This document shows positions 40,773 to 54,426 of a stretch of DNA of 64,000 nucleotides, one piece after another. Position numbers and translations under genes: made by a program. This DNA is from Ophelia neglecta (Eukaryota): positions 45,136,001 through 45,200,000 of the forward strand of contig OZ260667.1 in NCBI GenBank assembly GCA_965285935.1, read 5' to 3'. Position 1 is the first letter of the stretch, and the number at the start of each line of letters is the position of its first letter. The notes under the pieces were generated by a model. The model was given only the letters and a program-made list of their open reading frames with translations, was not told the DNA's origin and ran no database searches.

Positions 40773-43700
40773 CTGAAAACAAAAACCGGCAGGCACACGT
40801 TCTGAGATTACTGACTGAATAAAATAACAGTGTATGTGCTAAGTTACCTACTTATCATGGTAACAGGCGTATTATCAGTGTGAAAGGGGACTCTATGGAG
40901 ATTATAAATCTCAAGTGTTTAGCAATAAAACTGGTATGCTGGGTTATTGGACTAATACTCTTTTCATACATAAAGGCCAAGGTAATAATCAACACATTGA
41001 AGATATCAGTGAGTGGAATGAGACAAAATGATGATAGTAAAGCCATAGTGGGAGAGCCAGTCATGTTATATTATAGGTATTGACAGTATAAGGTCACCCC
41101 CTTATCTGAGATACACTGAATTAGTTCAATCAGATCACAGTAGACATATCTGAGACACTATGTTTTAAAACATTATGACAGTGTTGGCATGCCACTTAAT
41201 CGTATTGCCATTGACTATATTGGCCATAGTTAACCCAAATTATATTACAATGTCCAATTTGTAAGTGCTGGGTTACAGACATAATGTACTTCAGTGGCCC
41301 AGGCCAACTCCTTCAAAGTTGGCAAACAACACTGTGTCCCAAGCCTGCCATCGCCGTAATTCAATGCAGTTACAGATGAAAAATGAAGTGCCCAGCAATC
41401 ATCATTTCTCTATTGAACTAAATAAAAAATAACCTAGCTCTTTCATATCTGATGTCTTATGTCTTTTTATGACACATGGCTTGAGAGACAATGAAGTGCT
41501 CAAAGCTCAGAATTACATACATGTAACTACTATAGCACATGGACTTTGAAAGGGCTTACCATTACTTGAATATAAGTATTCATGAGTTAGATGTTTCTGC
41601 AAATGACATATATGTTATTCAATCTTTGAAACACTTTACCCTATATTTTATTTGAATATTATATATTGGCACTTTAAATTCTAAACTTGATCTGCCTTTT
41701 TTTTATATAGGCCCCACATCAGACAAATGCTGTGTATAGCATTCATAGAAAACAGATCCTAGAGTTTACACACATATATTTAAATCAGATTAAGCCAACA
41801 AAATACTAGCCAATAAAACATCCTTATATGTACAAAGGAAGTGAAACCAACTGTCATGAGGAATGGTTATGTCACAAATGGGCGGTAATATATCATCATG
41901 AATCTAAATCTAACTTACAATTCAGGCTACATGTACATATCCATGTGTGTCCAGCATGTTCAATGGATAGCTAACAATGAAAGAAACCGTACCAGACCTG
42001 TCTAATAGTAGAGCCTCTTTAAATAAATCTGAGAGGTGCCTGGCCATTCAACGGAAGGCTGCTTATAGCAAGCTTGCCTAGTACAGGTAAAAATCCTACC
42101 TTAATTTCTACAAATCCTACCAGGTCTTCACAGGCCCGAGTTTACCTCAGTGTCCATGTAAGATAATCTCTTAGCGCTCTACACTCAAGCCACTTTACAT
42201 GCTAACTCCCTGCTCTCCATACTATGAAGAGCCACATGTGTACACAATTTAAACCCTCAACCGAACAACAAATTTACAGTAGAATAGGCAGGTAAATATA
42301 CAATGTCATTGATATATGCAAAGTGTAATGAACACATTTATAAATCTACCGGTAATCAATGATATCAGAGAATTAAACCAAGCTTTATGATTGGAGACTT
42401 CTAGACAATTGATACCTCTAAATCATTTAAACTAACCAGTCAAAAGCTAATCTAAGAGATTTAAAAAAAAGGAACTTTTTTCTTAAGCAATTAGTTCTGG
42501 TATTGGATAGAAGGGGCTCTTTCAGGAATATGACTTAGTTTTTATCCACCCACTGTAATGTCTGTTTTCTTTAAAACAAATATTACATATTTCTTTAAGG
42601 CATAAAATATTCCTTTCATTGAGTATGTTGAATAGTGAACATAAACTGAAGGACTGAGGTAGATATACAACAACACACTGTGTTCACACACAGAATTACC
42701 ATAATATTTGATCGAGGACATGGCCCTAACATTTGCCATGGCAGGGATTAAATAAGCCTATTGTGCCATGTGTTGAAGTCAAGCGTCTTTCAGAATCGCG
42801 GTCAAACCTGACGTGCCCCTGCTGGCTTTCCACGTCCTTAAACTCCCATACCAGGGTAGTCAAGCATGGATAAATCATAAAAATAGACAAGTTCAGACTT
42901 CAATACAATGGAAGTCAAAGTCATTGGCTGTTAACATGTTTTTAGTCTGGGGTGAAACTTGGGGAAAAAAAAAGAATCAATACACTTAGTATTATCAATG
43001 GAGGCACATGGGCGTTTGTCTTTTATCATTTGGCACTGCAAAAACTGACATTTCCCAAACGAATACACTGCCAGGCGTTTGAATAGGCAAGGCACTCTGG
43101 ACTGCTACATAAATGTATGTATGTATATATAAATACATGAACACTAGGGCAAAAGTACAAATCAGAGAACCTAATACTGGTCAGCTGAGAAACTGCAGGA
43201 GTTCAAACCTGTCTTGTAATATGTTATATGATCTCTAATATTGCAGTTCAAATTGTTTTCAATGGATGACATTACATGTATACATATAACAAAAATAAAC
43301 TTCATAAACACACTTGTTGTCCACTTAAATCCTTTAGTCAAACTTTAAAGACTTCTATATTTGGAATGTTTCAATCCCAGAACCTTATGTCTCAAATTGA
43401 TTGTTGTGTCAAACTTACTTTCAGTGTTTATTATTCATGGTCAGTAAAATATTTCTGGTTGTTTAAGATTTGCATAAACTAATTTTTCTCCATTTTAACC
43501 CCTAAGAACTGTTTAGTATGTCTCAGGTGGTCAGCAACCAATGGTAATCCTTGAAACATAAAGTCTAACTTTTCTGGATCAACATTTTGTTTTCTTGTAT
43601 TAACATGACTAGTCTTGTATAAAAAGAAAAGAAAGTCAATATGTTAAACCTAATTTGTGGAAGCCAGAAAATGCTATTCTATTCAGAGGTACATATTGTA

Positions 43701-44075
43701 CTTAAGCCTAATATAATCCCCTCTTAGCTATCTTTGTGTACAATAAATACCTAATATAATTATAATACATAAACATGTTCTTGTAATACTTGGAGAATTA
43801 TTAAATACAATTTTTTTATTCAATCCAATTTAAAATTCAAAGATGATACTATGAGTGATTAATAACTTGTGTGTAATTAAATGGTATTTTTTCCATATTT
43901 ATACATAAATAAGTCTGGGCACTTAACATAATGTTATGTGTTTTATCATGATGAGAAGTGTAAGCCACAGAAAGGGGCAAATAGGCCGTTGAATGTAGAA
44001 ATCCACTGCGCACAAGTTAAAGAAAAAAGTCAACAAAAAAACTCACTACAACTCAACATCTACAGACTGCCTTAC

Positions 44076-44142
44076 CAAAATGGAGCCAAAGTCGCAGTAA
44101 CTGAGTTCGGAACAATCGGTACGAATAGCATCTACGATCCAT
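44076..44142 (-). CDS. Candidate alternative first coding exon A
   Basis: cgaATGg; MDRRCYSYRLFRTQLLRLWLHF then g|gtaagg, phase 1, compatible with the 40772 exon. Lies in a CpG-rich patch (~44090-44450). Confidence 0.5.
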
Positions 44143-45132
44143 TCGAACTGGGCAAAAGTCACTATCACAATGATCATAGATCTAGTCAGATTTGTCAATT
44201 TGGTTCACACTTTTAGTCATAGTATGTAAAGTTTTGAACCCGTTTCTGATCAGTATATATCAGGTGATTTAACACTGCGCCGTGCCGTATGACTGACAAA
44301 CATTGACACGACACACTAAGTGCTCTTTTGCAAGGCAAACAAGAATTAAACGGTGCTTTCCTTATGATTCGGTGCTTTCCCTATGATTCGAATGTTATTC
44401 CGTTTCCCGGAGGAGACCTTGAACGTGTTGCCAGCTTACGACAGAACACTGAGCAAACTAATGATAAATCCATAATGAGTAAACTCCAGACAAATAATCT
44501 GACAGAAAGCTACACATGCTAATCTGTATGCCATAATGTATGGCAAACCCTACACTATTGGACTTTCCCTAACAATGTCACCTTCACATTCATGACATAC
44601 ATTCTTTGGGATGACCAATGATTTGATCCCAATAGAGGTAACCTCATAAACTCCACGGAATCTGATACTAAGGTCAATTCTGGTCCATTGAATATGCGTT
44701 AAAATGCCACATTGGGTGAATAATTGATTGTAACAGTCAACTAGCAGGCTTGGGAGTGTGGGGGACGGGTGGCTTAACATCTAATTGATCAGTGTAATTG
44801 GGGGCAAAATTAATCTTACTACATGCGGTGGTGGCACTAATAATCAAATCTGTGGCCTTGCACACCAGATGTGGTAACAGTTAATTAAAAAATAATACCA
44901 AATTGTTGGTAATTACATTGACCTCTGCTTTGATCATTAATCAACTAAGGTAATCTCTCATTGATTTCAATGTGAGAATCATTTTTGGTTCATGACTGGT
45001 ATCATCAATGTATAGCATTAGTCATTTTCAGCCGTACTTTGACTTGCATAGAGGACAATGCCTATTTAAAGGAAGTAATAAATTCATAAAATACAGTTTT
45101 ATTTTTGTTATCCCAATCAAGGATGTGCCCAC

Positions 45133-45265
45133 CTGAGGTGACCGACTCCTGGTCAGCGTTGTCCCGGGGTGTGTGGTCACCCTGCTGGTCAGACAGCCGC
45201 TGGTCAGGCTCCTGGTCACTCCACTCTGTGTCTGCCTCACTGCCCACATCTAACATCACCTCCCT
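45133..45265 (-). CDS. Coding exon (133 nt, phase 0-1)
   Basis: gtgttttag|...g|gtgggc; REVMLDVGSEADTEWSDQEPDQRLSDQQGDHTPRDNADQESVTS. Confidence 0.8.
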
Positions 45266-45659
45266 CTAAAACACATATTACAGGGTGATCAATGTCAGGG
45301 CTGTAAACTACATACCAGGACATATATATTAAGATAAATGGACTTATTTATACAGCATTGGATTTAATTAAGTTGATTAGTCACTTACAAAAAAGTAAAA
45401 CCTACATGATATTAATTGCCGAATATTTTGATTGGTTTTGACGTCTGCTTTGTCAATGGAGGTGATCTCAATTTGAATTTTAAGCGATGAAGATGGATTG
45501 TCTTCCTAAATTTTGCCTTAACATTTAGTTTTTATTGCATACATTCTATTACTTCATTTATATGGCTGATATTTTTATTTAAGTTTTTATTTGTATATAT
45601 CAGGATATATCCCTATTTACACAATGTCAAATTATGAGCAAAGGGTCTTTTTAACTTAC

Positions 45660-45706
45660 CAACAGGTCCTGATGGGCATTGTCTTTAGTAGGCTCCTCTA
45701 AATCTC
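45660..45706 (-). CDS. Small coding exon (47 nt, phase 1-0)
   Basis: tatttttag|...ttg|gtaagt; DLEEPTKDNAHQDLL; phase matches the 45265 exon. Confidence 0.7.
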
Positions 45707-48378
45707 CTAAAAATAATTTAAAAAAAATAAAATGATCAAACATGACACCATTACAACATTATATTTCATCTACATCTTCCTGATTCCCCCACTAGGGCCT
45801 GCTGGTTAATTCCCCCCCCCCCCCCCCTTCCCCCCTCTCCACCTGACATCATGTGTTAATTGATGACAATACAATGGTTGTTTGTTTACAAAGTCACAGG
45901 TGATACACTGTTGTCTAAATGACTGAAGGTTGTATGCCTACCACACAATGGAACCATCAGCAATATCATCTGACACACAACAGTTCAATATCCGATTAGC
46001 ATTCCCTACACAAACATTATTGAATGACATCGGAATTCAACACAACTGCCACAACTGAATGTGGTCCTCATTGATTTGAATAAATCATGGATCTTACCGG
46101 TACTAAAAACGATCGCTACACTGTTGATCCTGCCTGTGTAACATATTCTCCTAATTATTATGAAGCTGCAGCTACACTGTGCTGAAAACCAACCGTAGGA
46201 ATCAAGCAGTTATTTGAATGTGGGTTTCTGCCGAGCCTGAGAAAGGTAGTCCTACTTCAGCACCAAGTATGCCTTCAAGTGCCATGCAAAACTATGTATT
46301 CCCAGAAACAATTGGAAATTTGTTCCCTTTTAGTAGTTTTCTCTTTTTATGTAGACCTAGCACAAATTTATGAGTCACTGAAATTGTGGGTGTGCCATAA
46401 AATATTTAAGCCATTAATACTTAACACTCGGATACAATATCTCATTGTTCAGGACTCTTCCCTGAACACAAATCACTTGATATAACAAGCAACTGCCTCA
46501 GAGAACAGCGACAGACTGGCATGGTCCTCAGAAGGGGATGTGACAATATCAAATGAATTACTGGCACAATTCTAGGGATAAACTCATAGTCAGATCAATA
46601 ATTCATTTTGTTACAACAATTTGATGTTTCTCCGGTAACAGAAAGTGAAGGAAATATTCTTCCTGCAGTACGTCGCTTTGTTTCACCCTGACAAACAATA
46701 CTTTTTCATTGGTTTAATCACTCTCGGGTATGCCATATTGGCAGAGAAACTTAGGTAAAACAATATTTATACTCCAGTCAGCAGTTTAACAGCAACAAGA
46801 AAGATATCTGTGTACAAGAAATTAGATATAAATTTAATTGGGTTGCCGTTTCTAAAGAAAGGAAATTATGTTGATGGCTCCAACCTAGGTAGTTAACTAC
46901 TGTAGAGAAATGTACAAGTTTTAAACTATTGAAAGGACTTTAAATTGTTATTCAGTCTGAGTCGTAGTATGATGATTGTAGTTGCTTATGAAAGATCAAC
47001 TCAGGGATCATTGTCCATTCATTATCAGGATCCTGTACCTACCATTGTACTTAGGAATAATACAGTGTAATGATGCATGCTTTCTGAATAGCAAATTAAT
47101 GTGAAATGAATAAAAGTTTTCAGAAAAAAGTTACAATTTTACCATCTGTGCAGGCCTATAAGAAATGACTTGATCAGTCTTACCATGATACTTTTCAGAA
47201 CTGCTGTGCAGAGTGTATCCTCCAGGGCTTTCAAGGGCTAAGTGTATCATATTCCATTAGTTAAATGTTAAGAAAATGAAAGACTATTCCAAGCCTGGTA
47301 CTGAACATTCATGACTAGTTCAATAGTGCTTGGTCATGCATGAATGACTTTGTCATCAGACAAGACAAAAAATGGACTCAACCCACCAAAGACGATCATT
47401 GATACAGTGCGCGCCGCACATCATTTGCAGCGGCACAAGATACTGTCCCTACCAGAAGACATGCCTGCACTGTTTATCACTGAGGCAATGAACATTTGAT
47501 CGTTTTCAATGCACAATACAAGGTTATACCATAAAGATATACAATCAATTTGATTGATTTTGTTCTGCAGACAAAAATGCAGCAAGCAATACATTTTATG
47601 TCTTATAGCAAGACTAATCTTAAGAAACTGCACACTATGTCATAGTTGAATGCCTGGTATACGCGGACACTGGTCATTGAACTACCGGTAGTTCATTTTC
47701 CCTTTATTGTAGTGGCAGGTGACCATTGAATTCATTTTGGGTGTGAAATTGGCCAATAAATATAAGGATGCATCACCTATATGACACATACATAGCACTG
47801 GCTATGCTTCTGACAGGCTCTTAACATTCATTAAGGATACTTGTAATAATCCCGATGCAAATACAAGTGGACAATTCGACCAAATGACACCATAAATCCA
47901 TATCCATGTACAAATCATTGATAATTTGATTATTGATAATCATTTGAAAGGGCCATATCGGGAATCATAATTGATTAAACTCCAATAAAGTACATTTATC
48001 TTCATTTCAAACAAGGCGTATACTGCATGTCCTTCATTTTTTATCATATTACTGATCTTAGTATGCTTGGCTTAATTATTTCAAAGCTGCCAGTTACATA
48101 AAACAATGAAAATACTGCTGACAGATGACCACGACTACTGCAGGATGTTTCTGCCCTAAAAGGAGTGTTAGAGTCCAGTTGAATCTTATATCAAACACAA
48201 ATTGTATTGCAGAAATAATAAATACTATTTTGAAAGTTTGAAACACAAAGATGAAAACATTTAAAAATGATAAAAATAAGAAGCCATGCTAGTGGAGTGC
48301 TGAAAATAGTAATTTGACTTTAAAGTTACCCGAAGAGCCAGTTTACCTTCACATACATGTACATCTCTATATAGCAAC

Positions 48379-48556
48379 CACAGGGGAAACTGTGATTTGA
48401 GACCACTCAAGGGAAATGTCAGGCCTGATTATGGAGGTACACTGTTAAGACAGGTCATTTTACACTGAATGTGTAGAGTATGGTTTTCAACCGGAGTGGT
48501 CTGAATTGACAGGTGATCTAACTTTACAGGTGGTTTTTAATTCAGATTTTACTGTA
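48379..48556 (-). mobile_element. Second copy of the same ~180-bp MITE family
   Basis: CAG...CTG termini, TA on the right flank; homology to 13342-13522. Confidence 0.6.
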
Positions 48557-49091
48557 TAGAGATGAGCATGAAAAAGAACTTGCAATGGCTCTTTTGATCA
48601 GTCAAAAAGCAAGTGAATGAACTTTAAGTATGTTAAATCTACTACCACCCCTGTACCATGTACATTGTACATGTACCTGTTCCTGGTGATCTGCATGCCA
48701 TGTCATGCAGAAGGATCAAGGCTAATTATTAAGATTATGGTATTTCCTTATAACATGGCTGAGATTAATGTCATTGCCAACAGATATTGTATCTTAAACC
48801 CTAGCATACTGATAAACATTGGAACTGGCAAAATAATATGTACGCACTTATAACCAATCAAAACCTTGTCCAATACATATAATGACAAACTGTAGGACAA
48901 TCAACTCAAAACGGAGATATATTTACCCATGGGTAAATACATCTCTGCTCCAAACCAGTTCAAACTCTTCATGATAATCAACCTTCATACTCATATCAAA
49001 TAATTGGAAATAACATCTTAATCATAATTCTAAAAATCATTCTTCCATATCATTAAAATCAAAAAGTTGAATATTTAATAAACACAAATAC

Positions 49092-49140
49092 CTGAAGGCT
49101 GCACTGCCGTACGAAAAGTTAGAGTCTTGTTGCTATACAT
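49092..49140 (-). CDS. Candidate most-upstream start-codon exon of the large gene
   Basis: ATG after an in-frame stop; MYSNKTLTFRTAVQPS then g|gtattt, phase 1, compatible with the 45706 exon. Weak Kozak context. Confidence 0.45.
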
Positions 49141-51899
49141 ACAGCCATTGAACTATGCCCTGTCGATTTTTACAAACTACTTGACTTAAAACAGCTTATA
49201 AGCTGAAGATTAGGATGCCATGATAATGAGCAAAATATAGTGACTTGGGTTACTAGCTATGAATGCATGACAAAGCTTGAATGCATTTATACAAACTGCT
49301 TCTTAATGCTTCTTGAAGCAGTTTATTATGACTTTTTTTCCTTATCTCCATGGCAAAAACGCACATTATTGATTTGTAATGATATTTTCTGGCCACTTAT
49401 TACTAGAAAAGTGTTCTTCATATTTGTTTTATCAGAAAATATTGTTTTGCAGTTGCATTATGATCATGCTGAGTGTTCTCTTTGTGCGACACTTAGTCTC
49501 AGCAAGTTAGGGCCTCCATGTAACAGAAAATACTCTATTTTTCAGTCAAATATGCTGAGACATGATATAAATCATATTGCTATGGTTTCACCATGAATTC
49601 ATACATGCACGTTTGTTTGACCGATGCAGTGGAGTGGTCCGACTCACGTTCTTATCATTATGAACACAGACTGAGACTTATTTGGTTACAAACATCTAAT
49701 CTGAAATGAACAGTAAGATGACAAACAAACTCTAACAACTGGCTATTGTTCAGTAAAACTAATATCTTAATTATATATGTCTTCAGGCTGTTTAATTATG
49801 ATCTTAATTACACATAATCAGACCTCTTCAGGTGAGAAATACATTCGTACAGAGCTAGAAGTAGCTCTTCATGCTTGCCAACTTGTAATAATTAAAGGTA
49901 AGCTGTTCAGTAATTAGGACCAGTTGGGAAGTGTGCTGTGAGGAGTTTTGTCAAAGTTTCTTCACAAGATCTATTAGGATTCCTGCCTGTATATAGAGTA
50001 TTGTATTGGTACATGTAGCTTTCAATTTTTTTCTTTTTACATTTTTAAGACTTGTTGTTAAACAGCAGATATTTTATCAAATGCATCCACATAAAATTAA
50101 TAATTTTGCCACTAATCTGCATACTTGCAAGTCAATTTCTTATAGACAACTTTTGAGTATTGTCTGGAGATGTAACGTGTAACCGACTTATTTCAGTGTT
50201 TACAGCATACAGTATTCAATATAAAGCCTCTTAAAAGTTGATAAAATTTTAAAAGGATTTTTTTTTGTCTGAAGTTCAAGTAATATAATAACACAATCTT
50301 TTAGCACATTAGGCTTGCATGTCTATCGGCCCTGGTGGCCCTATACATTATACAGTGTCATCTGGCCAGCTTACTTCATTGAAAAGAAAAACACCCAACT
50401 TTGGCTTTTAAAAATTTCAATGTGCAATCACTTAGTTTGTCCACCAAACATCAGAAGGTAAACTGTTTATTTGCAAACAATTACCCAGGATATTCAGTAC
50501 AATTTTGATTGGCAAATAAATCAATTAGTTTCATTACTGTATGCAAAGAGAAATTTTAATTCAGGTTCTATAATTAATGTGTGCAATAAAAAGAAAAGTA
50601 ATTAACAGTTGACTTACTAGGCATGATTGCACTTGACTTGTTATCGTTATATGTTATCCAATTCCGGTTTTTTATGACATTACTAAGTAGACATGTGGTG
50701 AACAGTAGGCCAGTGTCCTTTAACCCTTTATCACTCTCTCTGAAATGTACAACTGTTAATCTCTCAATGAATGTCCGACCTGACCCGTGACTTTGGGGGG
50801 AACCTCACAATCTCACTGATCAGGGAATTGTCTACATAATAAGGCTGTTGCTACCTAACAAGATTATCGGTTTCACAGCAGCTGACTTAAGGCCAAATAT
50901 CACAAGACCCTTCAAGTACTGTTCTGTACATGATATGTAAAGTAGTTATTTCACAAACTTTTTATATTCAAATTGTTATGAAAACAGTTGTTTTTATTAA
51001 TTTAATTTATACTTTTATTAACAGAAAAAAGATAAATTGAGTAGAAAAAACAAAACAAAAATACACACCTTTCCAAGTCCTCCCTACACATATTGGTTAT
51101 TCATTTCTTCCACAATTATAACCTGGTAGAATATAAAAAATAATGAATGTATCTCTTAAAATAAAATGTACGCTATTCACAGTCTGAGACTTCCACTTGT
51201 GGTACTGAAAGAATGCACAGCAACTTTGTTACACTTGCAGATATTACTTGCCTTGGCCTATTAAAGTCCAGGGCAAACAGGCATTGACATGTACACATGT
51301 TAAGGCCCACTAATAAAGCTCTAACTTCCCCAGTTTATGGTATTTTCCTATTTACATAGTAAACTAAGCAGGATTTAAAAGATACAAGAAACTTTTGCAT
51401 GAATGTACTTTATTTGTACTGTTACAGGGCTACATGTATTAACCCATTCAACTTGGAATATCTACAACTAAAACTACAACTAAAAGGTATCTGCACTCTG
51501 CAGAGGGTTGTAGTGTTCAAAGAGTTAACCTTGATGTTGTAAACCAGGAAATATCTTAATAACATGACTGACTAGTCTGCTCAGTTATTATATGTAGTTT
51601 GCTACTTTATTGTGTAGTGAACTTTTGTCCTTTTCATTTTTTTTCTTTTCAGATTTTAAAGAGAAACAAATTTGGGGGGGGGGGGGGAGACGAATTATGG
51701 AAGAAGAAACACTACATTCCCTGGCAAGTTAGAATTAGAGAAAAATCCCTGAGTGGGTACAATGAAAGAATCATTCTGCTCATTGCTGTATTACCGGTAC
51801 ATATTGATTTGAACATGGCTTTGTGTAATTGTCTTTATACAACATGGTATGTAAACAATACACTAGACCATTCAAAAATCAAGATCCATCCATTCATAT

Positions 51900-52530
51900 G
51901 CCATGCTCATTTTTGACACAGCCTTTCACTGTGCTTCCTTGATGCACACAATTGCGTGGGCAACAGACGAATAACAGAGTGTTGTCAGCGTACAGATTGA
52001 AATGCATGTGCTTGTTTCTAATAGTAACATCTAGACTGAGTTTGTAAATTGAAAAATAAGATAGGCCCAAGAACTGAGCCTTGTGGTACACCAATGGTCA
52101 AGGGAGCAGACCTTGAGTGCTCATCTGATATCACAACACACTGAGTTTGGTTTGACAAATATAACTCAACCACCGCAGGGCAGGGCCAGTCATTCCTAGT
52201 TGGTCTCATTTTAAATAACACCTGGGCCCATTTTTGGAAGCAGTCTTATCTTTTTATTTGGATTAAAATCAGGATTAAAGTGCTTAATCTGTTTTAACAT
52301 GTTAATCTAGGTTTCTGGTAGGTAGCTGGATTTGGTCTTGAGCTTAGCCATTTTGTTCTTAAACTTAATCCTGGTCAATGGAAACAACAGACACAATGTG
52401 CCACTTACATTGATAATAGGTTAATCTAATTACTTAACTTAAACCACTTCCAGAACCCGGGCCCTCAAGATCAGCTGAGTTGAATGCTGCAGACAGGTAT
52501 AGGACAACTGGTATAGCTACATTACAGCTC
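51900..52530 (-). mobile_element. Degenerate L2/CR1-clade LINE reverse-transcriptase fragment
   Basis: Frameshifted motifs VLYLSAAFNSADL (cf. LDLSAAFDTVDH), YLSNQTQCV, GVPQGSVLGPILF and LYADNT (cf. YADDT). Confidence 0.85.
52225..52463. mobile_element. MITE (Harbinger-like) inserted into the LINE RT fragment
   Basis: Imperfect TIRs GGCCC...TGGAAG / CTTCCA...GGGCC; 3-bp flanks ctg/ctc. Removing it restores the in-frame RT sequence D-L-E-V-L-F. Confidence 0.65.
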
Positions 52531-53879
52531 TTTCTACAAATAATAATTTGTGTTTATGGTTTTAAGACCGTAAGCCATATTTTGTACTTGGAATAAGTAA
52601 CCGTTCCTGTCTGAATATCTAGCTGGGTTTTATTTGCAACAGTCAATTTCTAAAAGCATAACAGTATTTATTAATAATTTACTAGTGAGGTGATTTGGCA
52701 GGATCTTAAACCAAAGAATGTTCTTGTTTATTTTTCAATATACATGTATATTATATACCAGAATTTTAAAGTGTGCCTATGTGTGCTAGTATTTGTGAGA
52801 GAATAAGTTTGCCTCTTTTTATAGACTTCATACCTTAAACCTGAAGAGTTAATATTAGTCATGGATGAAACATCAGTGCACACTACTTGAAAGTTGCATA
52901 GCCTGAGTGTTGTTTTCAAATTTGGACATCACATGTCTGACTGGATTCACCTATTATAAACAATGGCTTGCACAAAGCTGCGGATGTAAAAGTAAGCTCT
53001 TTTCGCAGTCAATTAATATGGCAAATAGGTTGAAGTCACTTAAATAGCCTGGACCAAGTTAAATTGTGTGTTAGCTGAACATACACCTCCACAAAAGCAG
53101 TACATATCTAAAAAGAATACCATATTCCAGTTAAACAAAGAGTGTATGCCTTTTAACATTGTATACAGGTACCATAATCAAAGAATCCTATTGACTAGTG
53201 GTCATTTTAAGGAACATCAATAAACTAACCTTGTCTGCCTGGACTTTGTTTGAACATTTTTAATAATTAAGCCAATGAGATTTTCCTAATTTATTTTTAT
53301 GTGATGTCACCACACAGGATAAACATTTTATTACTTAAGCATGGCAATGAGAGTATAATTGGCCAGCCTCTTTCACATGTCAAGCCCAATAAAGAGTACT
53401 ACCTGGTAGTAGTATATATGTACCATATTGCCTTACTTTTATTGATTTTACATATAATGCTCGGTCTGCGGCTTACTGATTTGTGTTATTATATTGGTTT
53501 CGGATGTTAGAAGGGGATTACCCACTTTATTGATTTATTCTAACACATTCTAACTCGGTTGTATATTTGCCCAAATTCTCGCCACAACTCGTGTGGAAAG
53601 TAGTAGCACAAACGCTCTTTAGTAGGGCATTAACTTATCAATTTGGACATTATCTTGATACACTTAATACTTAATAAACATTAATATGCACATTTGACGT
53701 TCTTTTCAAATGTACCAAAGCATGGAAAAGCATTTTATTTACTGGATTAGTATGGCATTCTCATCGCAGTGTTTAATGGTGTATGTTACACAAAACATGG
53801 CCGAGATGCACAGTGTGCCCAAGATCCACATACACGTACATGTATAAAGGGTATTATCCAATATATCAAACAAAAAAAA

Positions 53880-54015
53880 TATTGGCTTGCTTTATAGAAG
53901 CTATATGAGCTATATAGGCCTTCAGCAAATGACATTTTCCTTGGGTAACATCCTCGCAAAATATCACTAGCTTCAGGCCAATATAGCTCCCTATTGCTTT
54001 AACAGCAAGCCAATA
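53880..54015. repeat. ~136-bp imperfect palindrome (fold-back element)
   Basis: TATTGGCTTGCT (53880-53891) / AGCAAGCCAATA (54004-54015); GAGCTATAT (53907-53915) / ATATAGCTC (53981-53989); GGCCT/AGGCC inside. Confidence 0.8.
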
Positions 54016-54111
54016 CTTGTAAATGTATAATGAATCCTACTTGACATTACCAAGGCATGGCAGCAGTTTCATTTAAATGGAAAACACAAACACTAAATTT
54101 CAATTTAAATA

Positions 54112-54117
54112 TTTATT
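54112..54117 (-). terminator. Polyadenylation signal, FoxQ2 paralog 1
   Basis: AATAAA ~310 nt after the stop, followed by GT/T-rich sequence; conserved in paralog 2. Confidence 0.65.
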
Positions 54118-54426
54118 CACAAATGAATGAGATACATACAGATGATTTGTACAAAAAATGACATCACTATGTACAGAGATATGATAAAGCACCTTAATAG
54201 GTAATACCTTGATACACAGAGAAGACAAGCTGTGTTATATGGACTTGCTGTCATGATTATCTCCACTGTCTTTTCACTGATAAAACAAGAGTTCACCATA
54301 ACTTGAATGTCACTGTCATTAGAACACAAGGTATTGGTAATTCTTCAGTGTCACTATCACTGGTAATGTTTTTATAAATTTCACAATGTATCACAATATA
54401 CAGTCTTGGTGTTAAGGTTCCGTGGG

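Noticed and set aside
42770-42870. CpG-containing stretch as an additional minus-strand exon
   Set aside because: The best splice-site pair gives phase 1-0, which does not fit between the 45133 and 40772 exons.
47380-47480. CpG-containing stretch as an exon
   Set aside because: Short frames and weak splice sites; cannot be supported.
7465-51690. Scattered poly-G/poly-C tracts giving polyPro/polyGly ORFs
   Set aside because: Simple homopolymers in non-coding sequence; no coding support.
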